64,000 nucleotides of DNA from Carpediemonas membranifera BICM. Taxonomy: Eukaryota > Protista > Fornicata. Below are positions 46,042 through 56,562 of the stretch, one piece after another. The notes under the pieces are model-generated. The model did not search any database, was not told the DNA's origin, and was given only the letters and a program-made list of their open reading frames with translations. Within the stretch, counting starts at the first letter, position 1. Every line of letters begins with the position of its first letter. The position numbers and the translations under genes were made by a program. The stretch lies in assembly GCA_019828565.1 (NCBI GenBank), contig JAHDYR010000015.1, positions 299,926-363,925 of the forward strand, in the 5' to 3' direction.

Positions 46042-46927
46042 GCTGGCTGTTTATAAAGTTATCTCTTTTCCAAACTCGCCAATACACCGAGATGTTGGGA
46101 GGCGGACCCAGTGTGACGAAACCAGGGCTGGGCTGTTGGTGTGAGAGGGTAAACGTATATAGGGAAACCCCCCTCTGGCGAATGTGCCAATTCTGTCTCA
46201 TATTAGGCCCACAGGAGACATCCTGCTGAGGTCGACATCGAGCGACGACACCGCACTCGTTGTAGTTTCCTGGGGTTGCTCGGGAGGTTATCAATCTCCA
46301 GAACTCGCTGCCCAGAAGATCCTGATGATCTCTTTTTTTTCCCGGCGTGCAGGAAAAAATGCGACAATTTTTTGCAAGAAAAAAACGCTTGATGAAAGAC
46401 ATCTTATCGAAAAAGCTGCTCTCGATGCCATGAGAACCTTTTAACCACAAAATGGTTGTCGCCAATCGATTGCTATACCATGCGTCGCCTAGGAAGCTTC
46501 CCGAATGTTTTACCGTTGGGTAGTGCTCAAAGCGGCGCGATAACTCCAGATAACAACATCAAGACGCTCAAACAGCGATAGACGATAAACACATCCATTC
46601 TGCGCCTTAGCATATCCGTGCTAAGCGTCCTTCTTGATTGTGCTGATCATGACGCTTCCCCTGAAGCGACGGCGTGTTGGCGCTAGATATCGTTAGATGG
46701 GTAACAGCTGGAAGCGATGGTCCGCCAAGCACTGTGTGGACATCACTCATGTTGTCTCCTGAACACCCGCCTCATTCACGCCAGACTCCCCCGCCTCTGG
46801 GGGATTATCGGGCCTGTAGTTTCCCGTTCACCACCGGGCGACGATAACATGATCTCTGATATGTCCGATTTGGGATGGGAGATAAAATCATTTGGCGAAT
46901 CGCCGCACACGTTTCGAGAAGCTGACA

Positions 46928-48052
46928 ATGATCGCAGAAATTCTGTCTCTTTTCGCTGCGATATTCACTTGGAGCCCCTCTTTAGTTGCTGCTAGCGCCG
47001 TTGACGCGGTCTTCGGCATTATCCTCGTCGCGCTTCACAAATTTATCCTAATACTACTTTACGTGGCCGTTCTCAGCGTTGTTGTCACTGTGATCTCAAT
47101 GGCCTATGCATTCGTAATATCTGTCTGTGTTTTCCTCTTTCTTCTTGTTATTATGGCGATGAGCTCGTCACCCGAAGAAGCGGACATGGTGCCCCCCAAC
47201 CCGAAGGGCACACCGCTCGTGTGTCTATCCGACGACCAATTCCATGTGACGAAGCGCAAAGAGCTAGTCAGGCAGGACAACACCTCCGTCACCAAGCCGT
47301 TCGAGCATAACGAGGTGTACGCCGGGCGGGTCCTCCCCCTGGACGTCAAGGTCAGGGCCCTCGCCCACATGGTCGACACCAGCGACTACGTTCAGGCCGC
47401 CGACGACGCCTTGGAGGCTGCCAAGAGACAGCACGAGGCCAACATCACCGGCGTCTGTCGGCTGTACGGCTACTCGAGAGGCCCCAAGCTTCAGTTTATC
47501 TTCAGGGAGCATTCATTTCAGACCATGGAGAGCCTGCTCAAGGGCCGGCTGAAGTTCCACTGGGAGACGAGGCTGACCATGGCGAGGGATTTGGCGCATA
47601 CCATGGCCGCCGCACACGCAAAGGGACTTGTACACGGCGCCATCAACGCGTCGAACGTGTTTGTTTTCCGGAGACACGCCAAGATTGACAACTTTGGGTT
47701 GAACAAAGCCACCGACGTCGACGATCTCGTCGCCTACGACATTGAAATGTTCGGCCGTCTTTTGTGGCGTCTGGTACACAGGCGGCCGACTCCCTACGAC
47801 CCTGCCAACATGAGGGGACCCGCCCCGGATGGCTGCCCGGCAGAGCTTGCCGCCGCACTCGTCCTGTGCACCGGTGTCCATGAGAAGCCCGAGAGCTTTG
47901 ACTCCATCTGCGACATCCTGGGCGAGCCCCAGCCCGAGCCCCAGCCCGCGTCCATGGTCACCCCGACTCTTGGGTCGGACGAGGCGAAGCTGATGGACGA
48001 GACTGACACAGTGCTTTGGGAGAACTTGTACGGGTCTAATTCTTGGGAGTAA
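46928..48052 (+). CDS. Membrane-anchored TKL-like pseudokinase
   Basis: N-terminal hydrophobic helices; HEANITG..G, WETRLTMARDLA, VHGAINASNVF (catalytic Asp absent), DNFG, DIEMFG. Confidence 0.7.
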   Translation: MIAEILSLFAAIFTWSPSLVAASAVDAVFGIILVALHKFILILLYVAVLSVVVTVISMAYAFVISVCVFLFLLVIMAMSSSPEEADMVPPNPKGTPLVCLSDDQFHVTKRKELVRQDNTSVTKPFEHNEVYAGRVLPLDVKVRALAHMVDTSDYVQAADDALEAAKRQHEANITGVCRLYGYSRGPKLQFIFREHSFQTMESLLKGRLKFHWETRLTMARDLAHTMAAAHAKGLVHGAINASNVFVFRRHAKIDNFGLNKATDVDDLVAYDIEMFGRLLWRLVHRRPTPYDPANMRGPAPDGCPAELAAALVLCTGVHEKPESFDSICDILGEPQPEPQPASMVTPTLGSDEAKLMDETDTVLWENLYGSNSWE

Positions 48053-48269
48053 AAAAAGTCAAATTGGTTGAGAAATGATGGTTGAGACAGCTTGGCCGCA
48101 TGCTTGGGTCTGCAGCTGGGGCTGGCGATTCCGTCCATCGTCGGGCGCTCTCTTGGCTGACGTGAGAGAGTAGAAAGGTTCACACGCACCGTGGCGGTGA
48201 CCTCTGATGCCATTTACATGGGTTACATGAGAAATTTTAACGAGGGAACGAATAACTGCGTCTGCCAAA

Positions 48270-50291
48270 ATGTGGTCTGGAAACGTCAGTGGGCGCTTCA
48301 ATTCCACAAATTGGAGCATTGCAACATCACCACAACGTCCTAGTGGCCCTTCAAATGCTCCTCGGTTGATGGAACCCGGCAAACCAAAAGATGCTGAGGC
48401 TCTTCCTCGACCAGAGTTCCGTCCGCCACCAACGTACCGCCAATCACCATTCAACACGACGCAACACAGCTTTCAGCAAACGAGGAGCACGACTATGCCA
48501 TCCCCGTTCTCATACGGCCGCCCTACGATGGTGTCCTCCGCATCCCAGGCGGATCCACCGCCGCCAGAGCAAGACTTCATCGCCCAGACACCCACTCGCG
48601 TGGAGTGGGAGCGGGATGTTCGCCTAGCACCGTCCCACCCCCCTCCATCTCCCTCCGTCAGCCAGACTGCAAGGCCCAGCCGCCTGTCGCCCGTGAGGTT
48701 TGATTCGACCCTCCAGGCATCCGTCTCCCGCATCGCGCTGTCCCCTCTGCCCATGTCTCCCGCCCCCTCCAGGCAGAGAGTCAGGGCGACCCAGAGCTCT
48801 GTGGGGAGCAGGGCTGGTAGGACGAGGGTGTCAACATCGAGACTGCCGCTCGAAGCAGTGGAATACGAGGACGGGAGCCCGGCAGGCAACATCGCTGTTC
48901 CAAGCCACAAAAACTCCTTTCGTCGGTCTCGAAGCCAAGCCATGAGTTCTGTTCAGGTGGTAACGGTATCGTCACCAGCCCCCGCCCCGGCGTCTGAGAG
49001 GGGCCCAGTCACAGTGACCACAGAAACTCTTGACAAGTTCTTGCCGGAGAGAGGCCAGGGTCGGGTCACAGTCACGACCGAGCGCCCAGACGACCCGATA
49101 GAGGTCCGGTCACCCTCCCCGGAGTTCGAGCTCGACGGGTCGCCCCAAGGCACAGTTATGATTGAGTCGATGGGCGATGACCCGGTCGAGGTGCCGGCCC
49201 CGTCCCCGGACTATGAACTGGACGGGTCGACCCGGGGGACAGTGTTGATTGAATCAATGAAGGAGGACCCGCCCCCAGTCTACCCGGGCTTCGACTTCTC
49301 CTACCCACCCTCGCTAGCAGGCCAGCCAAGGCCAGCGACCCTCACGGCCAGGGAGTGGGACGAGCTGATTCTGGTCGGGCAGTTCCTCACAGCTATACCG
49401 GGTCCCCGGCCGATGCTCGATGGGCTGCTCGGTGTCTCCCGGTCGCCTGAGACCAAAGCACCCTCCCACTCGCCCCGGCGGGAGTCACCCCTGCGGCGAT
49501 CGATGACCTCTTCCGTGCCCCAGCTCAACTCCCCCATGCTCTCAGTCACAGTCGAGTCGGAGTCTGACTCGGAGCTGGCCAGTCCCCATGGCCTATCGCC
49601 TAGGTCGGCCATCAGGACATCGCCCGTGAGGGAGAGGTCGGCGACCATCTGCACGGCCGATTTGGGCGATGGGCCGTCCCTGGACCCCGGGCTAGGTCGG
49701 TCCTTTTCGTCTCTGAGTACCGTTAGCAACGCAAGCGGCGTCACTGGCCCCGAGGCACCTAGTACGAAGCACACCAAGCCACCGGCCCCCAAGCCGAAGC
49801 CCCGCCTTCCGAGCCGCCTGGTTACCCGCACCGGCAGTGGGCATCGGCCCAACAAGGGCTACACGCCCTTCCACTCGCCATACCCGGAGGTCTCCGAGCT
49901 GGACGACGTCCAGACGGCGATCCAGAGACAGATAGAGGCCAAGCGGAAGCTGACGGCGAGGAAGCGGCCCCCTGAGCCCCGCGGGATCCCACTGTCCGGG
50001 GCTGGTACCGTCGGAAAGCCGTCTCTGGTCGCCCAGGTCAAGCCGATGTCACCACCACCCCAGCTTAAGGTCAACCCGCCACCCCAGCCAGCCCGAGACC
50101 TCGATAGTCCTATCATTGAGATCGAGGCTGTTGACAGCGACTCGGATACGGCGGTCGAGAAGTCAGGAGCTGGTGGTGGAGATTTTTCCGGATTTGACGA
50201 TATGCTACAGGCAGTGGCGATTCATCTTGGGTTGCCGCCCGAGCAGGTGACGGCGGCTGACGTCGAGAGGCTACTGCAGAGCATGTCCTGA
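48270..50291 (+). CDS. Ser/Pro-rich low-complexity hypothetical protein with short internal duplications
   Basis: 673-aa ORF; repeated DDP.EV..PSP..ELDGS..GTV.IESM and ERG..VTVTTE units. Confidence 0.65.
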   Translation: MWSGNVSGRFNSTNWSIATSPQRPSGPSNAPRLMEPGKPKDAEALPRPEFRPPPTYRQSPFNTTQHSFQQTRSTTMPSPFSYGRPTMVSSASQADPPPPEQDFIAQTPTRVEWERDVRLAPSHPPPSPSVSQTARPSRLSPVRFDSTLQASVSRIALSPLPMSPAPSRQRVRATQSSVGSRAGRTRVSTSRLPLEAVEYEDGSPAGNIAVPSHKNSFRRSRSQAMSSVQVVTVSSPAPAPASERGPVTVTTETLDKFLPERGQGRVTVTTERPDDPIEVRSPSPEFELDGSPQGTVMIESMGDDPVEVPAPSPDYELDGSTRGTVLIESMKEDPPPVYPGFDFSYPPSLAGQPRPATLTAREWDELILVGQFLTAIPGPRPMLDGLLGVSRSPETKAPSHSPRRESPLRRSMTSSVPQLNSPMLSVTVESESDSELASPHGLSPRSAIRTSPVRERSATICTADLGDGPSLDPGLGRSFSSLSTVSNASGVTGPEAPSTKHTKPPAPKPKPRLPSRLVTRTGSGHRPNKGYTPFHSPYPEVSELDDVQTAIQRQIEAKRKLTARKRPPEPRGIPLSGAGTVGKPSLVAQVKPMSPPPQLKVNPPPQPARDLDSPIIEIEAVDSDSDTAVEKSGAGGGDFSGFDDMLQAVAIHLGLPPEQVTAADVERLLQSMS

Positions 50292-50379
50292 GGCCCGGTA
50301 TTGTGTAGTAAAGCATCGCACGCAGTCTGTGTGGTTAAAGTGCACCTACGTGTACGGGCTTGACCCTGAGCATTTCAAC

Positions 50380-51294
50380 CTATTGCTGGCGTCTGGCCCA
50401 TCCCGTCACAGTCCAGCAGGCGCTCACAAACGAATCGGCCATCATGATGTCCGCCATCAACTCCTCGTCAGTCTGGGAAGAGCCTCGAGCCTTGTGGAGG
50501 GCATTCCGGGGCTCGTCGCCCTCATGCCCCACATCCCTCTGATGTCTCGCCACCCCGTCGACCCGCGCCGAAAAGTGTGCGCCTGGGCAGACGCTCGAGC
50601 TTGGGGCGGGATCCATGAACTTTGACCCAAGCGGCTCCGTCAACACCGTGCTTGCTTCCAACAACAGCCATTAAATCCACTTTTTTGAAGTCTTTATCTA
50701 CATGCAGCAATTCCTTCAGAAGGTGGGAGGCTTTAGAGTTGAGGGGTGTGAGCTGGTAGGTTGAGCTCTGCTAAAAGCTGTCGCATCCTGCGTTATAACC
50801 TCCTTCGCCATCGAGGAAATTGGGCCACAAAGGTTCACCCCTTTCCATTTATGGCACGCTTAAATTCATGTACTGTCAACCTCAGCCTGCGGCATGTTGA
50901 CGGTCGCTCCAAGTGCGGCATCGCAGGTCTTCTTTGAGACCTGACTGCCGTGCCGTTCCCACGTTGCGTGGCATGAGTCGCGCGAGAGCGCTGCATCAAG
51001 GGCGGGGGTAAGCCAGACTAACACGCCACCCTCTTGGGGCAGGATGGCCTCTCGGATAGCGGCCTCTGTGGTGTCGGCCGGCGTGAGTGCCGGGTCGTCC
51101 TCGGTATCACTGCCTTCCGAGTCTACCGTGCTGGTGCCAGAGACGGAGGAGAAGTGCCTGGCGACAGCCCTCAGTATCTCGGCCTTGGTGGCTCTGGTCG
51201 AAGGTCTTGCTTCGCGGCGTAGTTCCCTAAGGAGGGACTTGAGGCTGAGCACACTTGCCTGCGTTCTGTTGGGGATGAGCTCGGTCCAAGCCAC
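50380..51294 (-). pseudogene. Possible degenerate DNA-transposase remnant (KDZ/Zisupton-like)
   Basis: Broken frames with VHG...P...FGAGRRGGETSEG(M)W and an upstream SAP-like helix pair; weak by-eye similarity only. Confidence 0.22.
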
Positions 51295-51570
51295 GCTGCT
51301 ATCAGATACGGTAATTACGTGTTATACACAGCGCCATATCGACCTTGAGGATTGTGTTGCTTTATGACGTGCCACGAAGCGCAGCTAGGGCCACTATTCG
51401 CAAACTGACACAATCTAGGACCCCAAATGCCCCTTCATCGCAACAAACGCCAAGCCACTGTGTTTAAAGCGATGAGGTTCATGTGCCCCGATGAGAATAA
51501 TCTCGTCAGATTTGCTCCTGAAATCCTTTCACAGTCGTTCGAGTCGAGGCGAAGGGAAAACAGGGCCAAG

Positions 51571-53103
51571 ATGATCGATCTTGAACTCATTCGTGATGAA
51601 ACTCAGCGTGGTTAGTACATATTTTCTCTATAGTATGACATAGTGAAGGTTGTTGACTCCGAGCGTAGACGTGGTCGCTGCACCACTGTTGGCGGCGTCG
51701 TGAAGAGCGAACTTGTTGATACCGTCCTTGCCGAGGATAACCTCTGGAAGGAGTGCCTTCAGAAGATCAATGCCCTTCGCACTGAGCGCAACAGCATCAC
51801 CAAGACGATCAAGGAGAAGATGAAGGGAATGAAGGCCGCTGATGCGGACAAGGACGCCATCACCGCTGAGGTTGATGCCCTCAAGGCTCGCGTTCTCTCC
51901 ATTAAGGATGACATCGCCAAGCTTGACGTCGACACGACCGAGCATCTCCGCCTCCGCGACGTCGCCCTCAACAAGATCGGCAACATCCTGCTTGCTCCCC
52001 CCTCGGACCTCTACGACTCCAAGGACTACGACCTCCACGACCTCTCCTACCGCCACACCAACGGCGAGGAGCAGATCCGCGTTGGAGCCGACGAGCCCGC
52101 GGAGTGGGGCAAGGCGCCCGAGACGCCCCTCAACCACGTCCAGCTCATGACCAAGGCCGACATGATCAACTGCGATGACGGTGTGAAGGTCGCTGGTGCC
52201 CGCGGATACTACCTCAAGGGCGCTGGTGCCCGCCTCAACCAGGCACTCATCAACTACGCCATGGACTTCCTCGAGAACCGCGAGCACGAGGTCATGGACA
52301 AGACCAAGGACGCCGAGGGCAACGTCACCTTCACCCCCACGGGCAAGATGGCCAACTCAGCCTACGAGGTGACCCAGACGCCCTTCTTTATGAAGGGCGA
52401 CATGATGGCTAAGTGCGCCCAGCTCGAGCAGTTCGAGGAGGAGCTCTACAAGGTCGTCGCTGGCACCCGCAGCACTGCCTCAAAGGACCCCGACCTGGCC
52501 GGCGACCGCTTCCTGATTGCCACGTCCGAGCAACCTCTGTGCGCCATGCACGCCGACAAGATCATCACCGCCAAGGAGATGCCCATCAGACTCTGCGGAT
52601 ACTCAACATGCTTCCGCATGGAGGCAGGCCGTCACGGCGAGAACATGGCGGGAATCTTCCGCATCCACCAGTTCGAGAAGGTCGAGCAGTTTGTCATCGC
52701 CCACCCCGAGGACGCCGAGGTGGAGTTCACCCGCATGGTCGCAGCCGCCCGTGACTTCTACCAGTCGCTCGACATCCCCTTCCGCGTTGTCCAGATTGCC
52801 AGCGACGACATCAACAACGCTGCCGCCATCAAGAACGACCTCGAGGCCTACTTCCCCGAGGCCGGCGAGTACCGCGAGCTTGTGTCAGTGTCCAACTGCA
52901 CGGACTACCAGTCCCGCGGCCTCAACACCCGCATGGCTCACAAGGGCAAGGACTACGTCCACATGCTCAACGGCACGATGACTGCCACTGAGCGGACTAT
53001 GTGCTGCCTCGTCGAGAACTACCAGAGGGGGAACGGCATCGTCGTCCCTAAGAAGCTGAGGCCCTACATGGGCGGCAGGGTCTTCATCCCCTTCAAGAAG
53101 TAA
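51571..53103 (+). CDS. SARS: Seryl-tRNA synthetase (cytosolic type); intron 51611-51643
   Basis: MIDLELIR spliced to VKVVDSERRR; LIATSEQP, CFRMEAG, GIFRIHQFEKVEQF, ELVSVSNCTDYQSR, HMLNGT..ATER. Confidence 0.96.
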
Positions 53104-53387
53104 ACGGTTGGTTGTTGTGATGGTTGGCTGAGTCAAGGTTCGCCAATACCCGTGGGGTTGGATGGACAAGGTGGGCGCCAAGGCCGGCATCCTCGCTGAG
53201 ATGGCGAGGGACAACTCACTGGTGCCCGTGAGGCATGTGCTGGCCATGGCTCGCAAGTGCTTCTGCGGCTCGCTCAACAACATCATGCGGACCGGCGAGC
53301 TGGCGTTGATCCGGGTCTGTTGGCGGGCGACCTACTTCTTGACGTCATGCAAGAAAAAAGTTTCAGACCAAAAGCAAAGGACTACTG

Positions 53388-55613
53388 ATGAAGATCCACA
53401 TCCAATTGGACATCGACGTGGATCCATCTGAGCTCAACAGCTATGCATCTGCATTCGTCGTCGCGTTGCAGCGAATTGCCGACGAATTGCCCCAGAAGGA
53501 TTCCTCGTCAGAATGTAAGCAGCCTACGCCCGCCAAACCAGCTCCAGCGGCAGAAACTACTTGCCCAGAGCCGCTTGGCAGTATTCCTGACCGAGAGATG
53601 ATCCAGGGCTACCTCGATGCCCTTCGCACGGACGAGCAGCATCCCCGCACCATTCCAGCCCTCACAGCATTCCTCCTCACCCCCAAGGAGAGCTCGAGAC
53701 GTCTCGAACGTCTTCAGATGCTGCTGGAGCTTCTGTTCAACAACTTCCTGCTGAACATCAACATCACGGAGCAGGTGCTGCACCCCCTCTTCCGGGGCCT
53801 CTTTCTTCTGCCCGCCACGTTCCAGCAGGTCATCCACAACTTCTTCGTCACCCGCGTCCATCACCGTCTCGTGAAGACCATCCGTGTGTACCACAAGCAG
53901 CCCTCGGAACTCCTCAGCAACATCGTCCTGCTGTCCAGGGCCTCCTGCATGCTCGTGTCGTCCGGCTACCTCGCCCCCAAGCTTGTGTTCAAGACCGTTG
54001 TTGACTTCCTTGACTCTGAACAGTCGTGCATCCCCGCAATCGTCCTGTTCTCGTTCCTGGACGGCATCTGTTCCGACCGACTCGAGCAGTCCGTTCCCCC
54101 GCAAACCCTGGCCGACCTCCGCCGCCGTGTGAACGGGCTTCTGTCGGACCCGCGGATGTCGGACATCCAAGCGAAGCTCGCCATACTCGCTGGCCGTATC
54201 GGCGGGAAGGCACAGCCGATGGCCGACGACCAGGACGGGTCAGAGACCGACGACTCCCTCGAGTCGCTGCTGCCCGACGCCCGCATGATCTCGCCGCCCC
54301 CGTTGTCGGACTCGCTGTACGAGGGCCCCCTGTCTGCTGAGCTCACCGAGGAGCTGCCCAGCCCCGCGCCGGTGCTGCCCCCTGAGCCAGAGGAGCCCGA
54401 GATGCCTGATATGCCCGAGCCCGTGGAGGCCACGGAGGAGACGCCGGCTGCAGTTGCAGACGAGACCGCCCAGGAGGCCCCCAAGGAGGAAGAGGCGCAC
54501 AAGGAGGAGGAGGTCGTTCCCAGCGAGGACGACAAGGCGCTGTTGGACGACCTGCCGGTGCCGTCGATCGTGACGCAGTACCAGCGCTACCGCACGGCCG
54601 GTAAGAAGGCCACGCCCAAGGAACGCATCCAGGCGAAGAAGTACACCGACGCCTGCTCCCTCCACGGCCACACGACGCTCGCACGATCCGTAACCATCGA
54701 CGAGTGCGGCGTCGTCGTCTCTGTTGGCCCCGACAAGGTTGTCTCCCACTCCGAGCACGGGCTCCCATGCGACTCGTTCAAGGTCCAGCTGCCCGCCGTG
54801 GAGGGCTCGGGCGACGACCAGATCCGCACCCCCATCCTAGTGGCGGTGTCGGGTCCCTACCTCGCCGTTGCCGCGGTCGCCATGGACATCCATAAGTTCG
54901 GATGGGCCACTGTCTCCGTCTACCGTCGCAGCGGGGGCGGCCACTGGACGTACCTGGCCACGACCCGGCTCGACAACGTCCCCGCCGTGACAGCACTGGC
55001 TGGTGTCCGGGGTGGGTTCATCGCAGCCACATGCAGGCGTCAGGGCGTCGATATCGTGCCCTCACTCGACCTGGTCGCCGTCAACACCGAGGGTGGATGC
55101 GTGCTGACCCGCCTGTCTGCGGTTGGCCCCCACGAGATCTCGAACTTGGCGGTCGCCCCCGACGGGAAGCACTATTCCTTCGTGACGACGGACGGAGCTC
55201 TTACGGTCGGCTCCATCGACAAGGCCTCCCACATCGCGGTCGACTCGAACGCCACTGCGGGCCACCCCGTGATCAGTATCACCATGCCGGCCGAGGACAC
55301 TGTGGTGTTCGGGACCACGGAGGACGGCGGCATGGTCTGCGTCTACTCGGCCAAGGAGCGCCGCGTGCTGCAGATGTCGCCGTCAGCCAGGCCCCCTCTG
55401 TCGATCGCCTCGGTCGACAACGACCGTCTGGCGGTGATCACGGACTCGTCGCTCATCATCTACCACACCCTGTCGAACTCGATCACCAACGGCCCCCTCA
55501 ACGGCGTCTACAGCGGCGGTGTGGTGTGGAATAAGACGACTGGCGTCATCAGCACGATGGTGGGGGAGAAGGCGCGGGTTGCCCAGTTCAAGCCGTGCTG
55601 GGACATGGAGTAA
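53388..55613 (+). CDS. Hypothetical protein: helical N-terminal domain, acidic linker, WD40-like C-terminal propeller
   Basis: 741-aa ORF with host-like codon bias; LHGHTT..RSV and beta-rich repeats in the C-terminal half. Confidence 0.7.
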   Translation: MKIHIQLDIDVDPSELNSYASAFVVALQRIADELPQKDSSSECKQPTPAKPAPAAETTCPEPLGSIPDREMIQGYLDALRTDEQHPRTIPALTAFLLTPKESSRRLERLQMLLELLFNNFLLNINITEQVLHPLFRGLFLLPATFQQVIHNFFVTRVHHRLVKTIRVYHKQPSELLSNIVLLSRASCMLVSSGYLAPKLVFKTVVDFLDSEQSCIPAIVLFSFLDGICSDRLEQSVPPQTLADLRRRVNGLLSDPRMSDIQAKLAILAGRIGGKAQPMADDQDGSETDDSLESLLPDARMISPPPLSDSLYEGPLSAELTEELPSPAPVLPPEPEEPEMPDMPEPVEATEETPAAVADETAQEAPKEEEAHKEEEVVPSEDDKALLDDLPVPSIVTQYQRYRTAGKKATPKERIQAKKYTDACSLHGHTTLARSVTIDECGVVVSVGPDKVVSHSEHGLPCDSFKVQLPAVEGSGDDQIRTPILVAVSGPYLAVAAVAMDIHKFGWATVSVYRRSGGGHWTYLATTRLDNVPAVTALAGVRGGFIAATCRRQGVDIVPSLDLVAVNTEGGCVLTRLSAVGPHEISNLAVAPDGKHYSFVTTDGALTVGSIDKASHIAVDSNATAGHPVISITMPAEDTVVFGTTEDGGMVCVYSAKERRVLQMSPSARPPLSIASVDNDRLAVITDSSLIIYHTLSNSITNGPLNGVYSGGVVWNKTTGVISTMVGEKARVAQFKPCWDME

Positions 55614-56124
55614 AGGTCACCAGTCGACTCTAGTGTTTATTTCTCGCTGATAACGCAAGGCTCCGCCTAGCCTTCCCGTCAGCGGGTTGACCGACAACCC
55701 CTCACCCCGGGCTCGATCAGCTCCCATGGGTCCACGATGCGGTCCAGCTCAATGTCCTTTGCTGTGTTGCCCGAGGCCTCAGGGCGCTGAGCAGGACGCC
55801 CGCCAGACTACGACTGAACTCAACCTCCTCCCGCCGCAGATCCGTGACGAACCGCGTGTGGCCCCGGTGCGACATGAAGCGGGGCAGCGAAGCCTCCATC
55901 ATCAGCTGGACGCCTAGGATCGCCTGGACGTTCATCTGCGCCCCTGATTGCACAAGGGAGACGGTGCGACGTCATCTTGATCGACTGGCGACAGAGAGGG
56001 CAGAGAAGAACCGGTCATAAAGAAACGGCCTTGATGTGGAAATTCGTACCTTACCTTACCTTCGCTGGTCGGGGCCGCCGACTCTAACAACTAATCAACA
56101 ATAAATCAGGCAAGTGTGCCATGT

Positions 56125-56414
56125 TGTTAGTTCGAACAGGTGGTCTGACTTTATATAAACTGCACGTGTGGGAGTTGATCAGGGTAATTAATAAACCTGC
56201 CGACACTTCCCCTCTCATGATCAACTACTGAACCCTTACCGCGGAACTTGCGTTTGTACGCGGCGAACTGCGACTTATAGGACGGATTCTCGGTGAGATA
56301 AACGTCAAGGGCGGCTAATTGGTCATAGTACGAATTGTACGGGATGTACGAATCTTCCGATTGCTCGAGCCCAGCCCAATGGATCAGGAGCTCGATCTTT
56401 CCACGACGCACGTG
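56125..56414 (-). mobile_element. 3' fragment of a chromodomain Ty3/Gypsy element (chromodomain, PPT, candidate ~81-bp LTR)
   Basis: RRGKIELLIHWAGLEQSEDSYIP...LAALDVYL resembles the chromodomain of the adjacent element; PPT GAGAGGGGAAG (56216-56206) directly followed by TGT at 56205. Confidence 0.75.
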
Positions 56415-56562
56415 TCACGTTGTGTTAGCTGTCCCAATCAGTTCTTTTATGATTGGTCAATGATCGTCAAAGTCAATTTAAAGTTAGTTCATCGTTTCCC
56501 TTCGGTGTTCCTGTCCCCTGCCCGTCACAGTTATATAACTTTCGATTAAGGCTACTTTCCCG

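Noticed and set aside
55620-56070. Non-LTR retrotransposon 3' end with a (TACCT)3 tail
   Set aside because: Only three repeat units and no recognisable RT or endonuclease sequence upstream.
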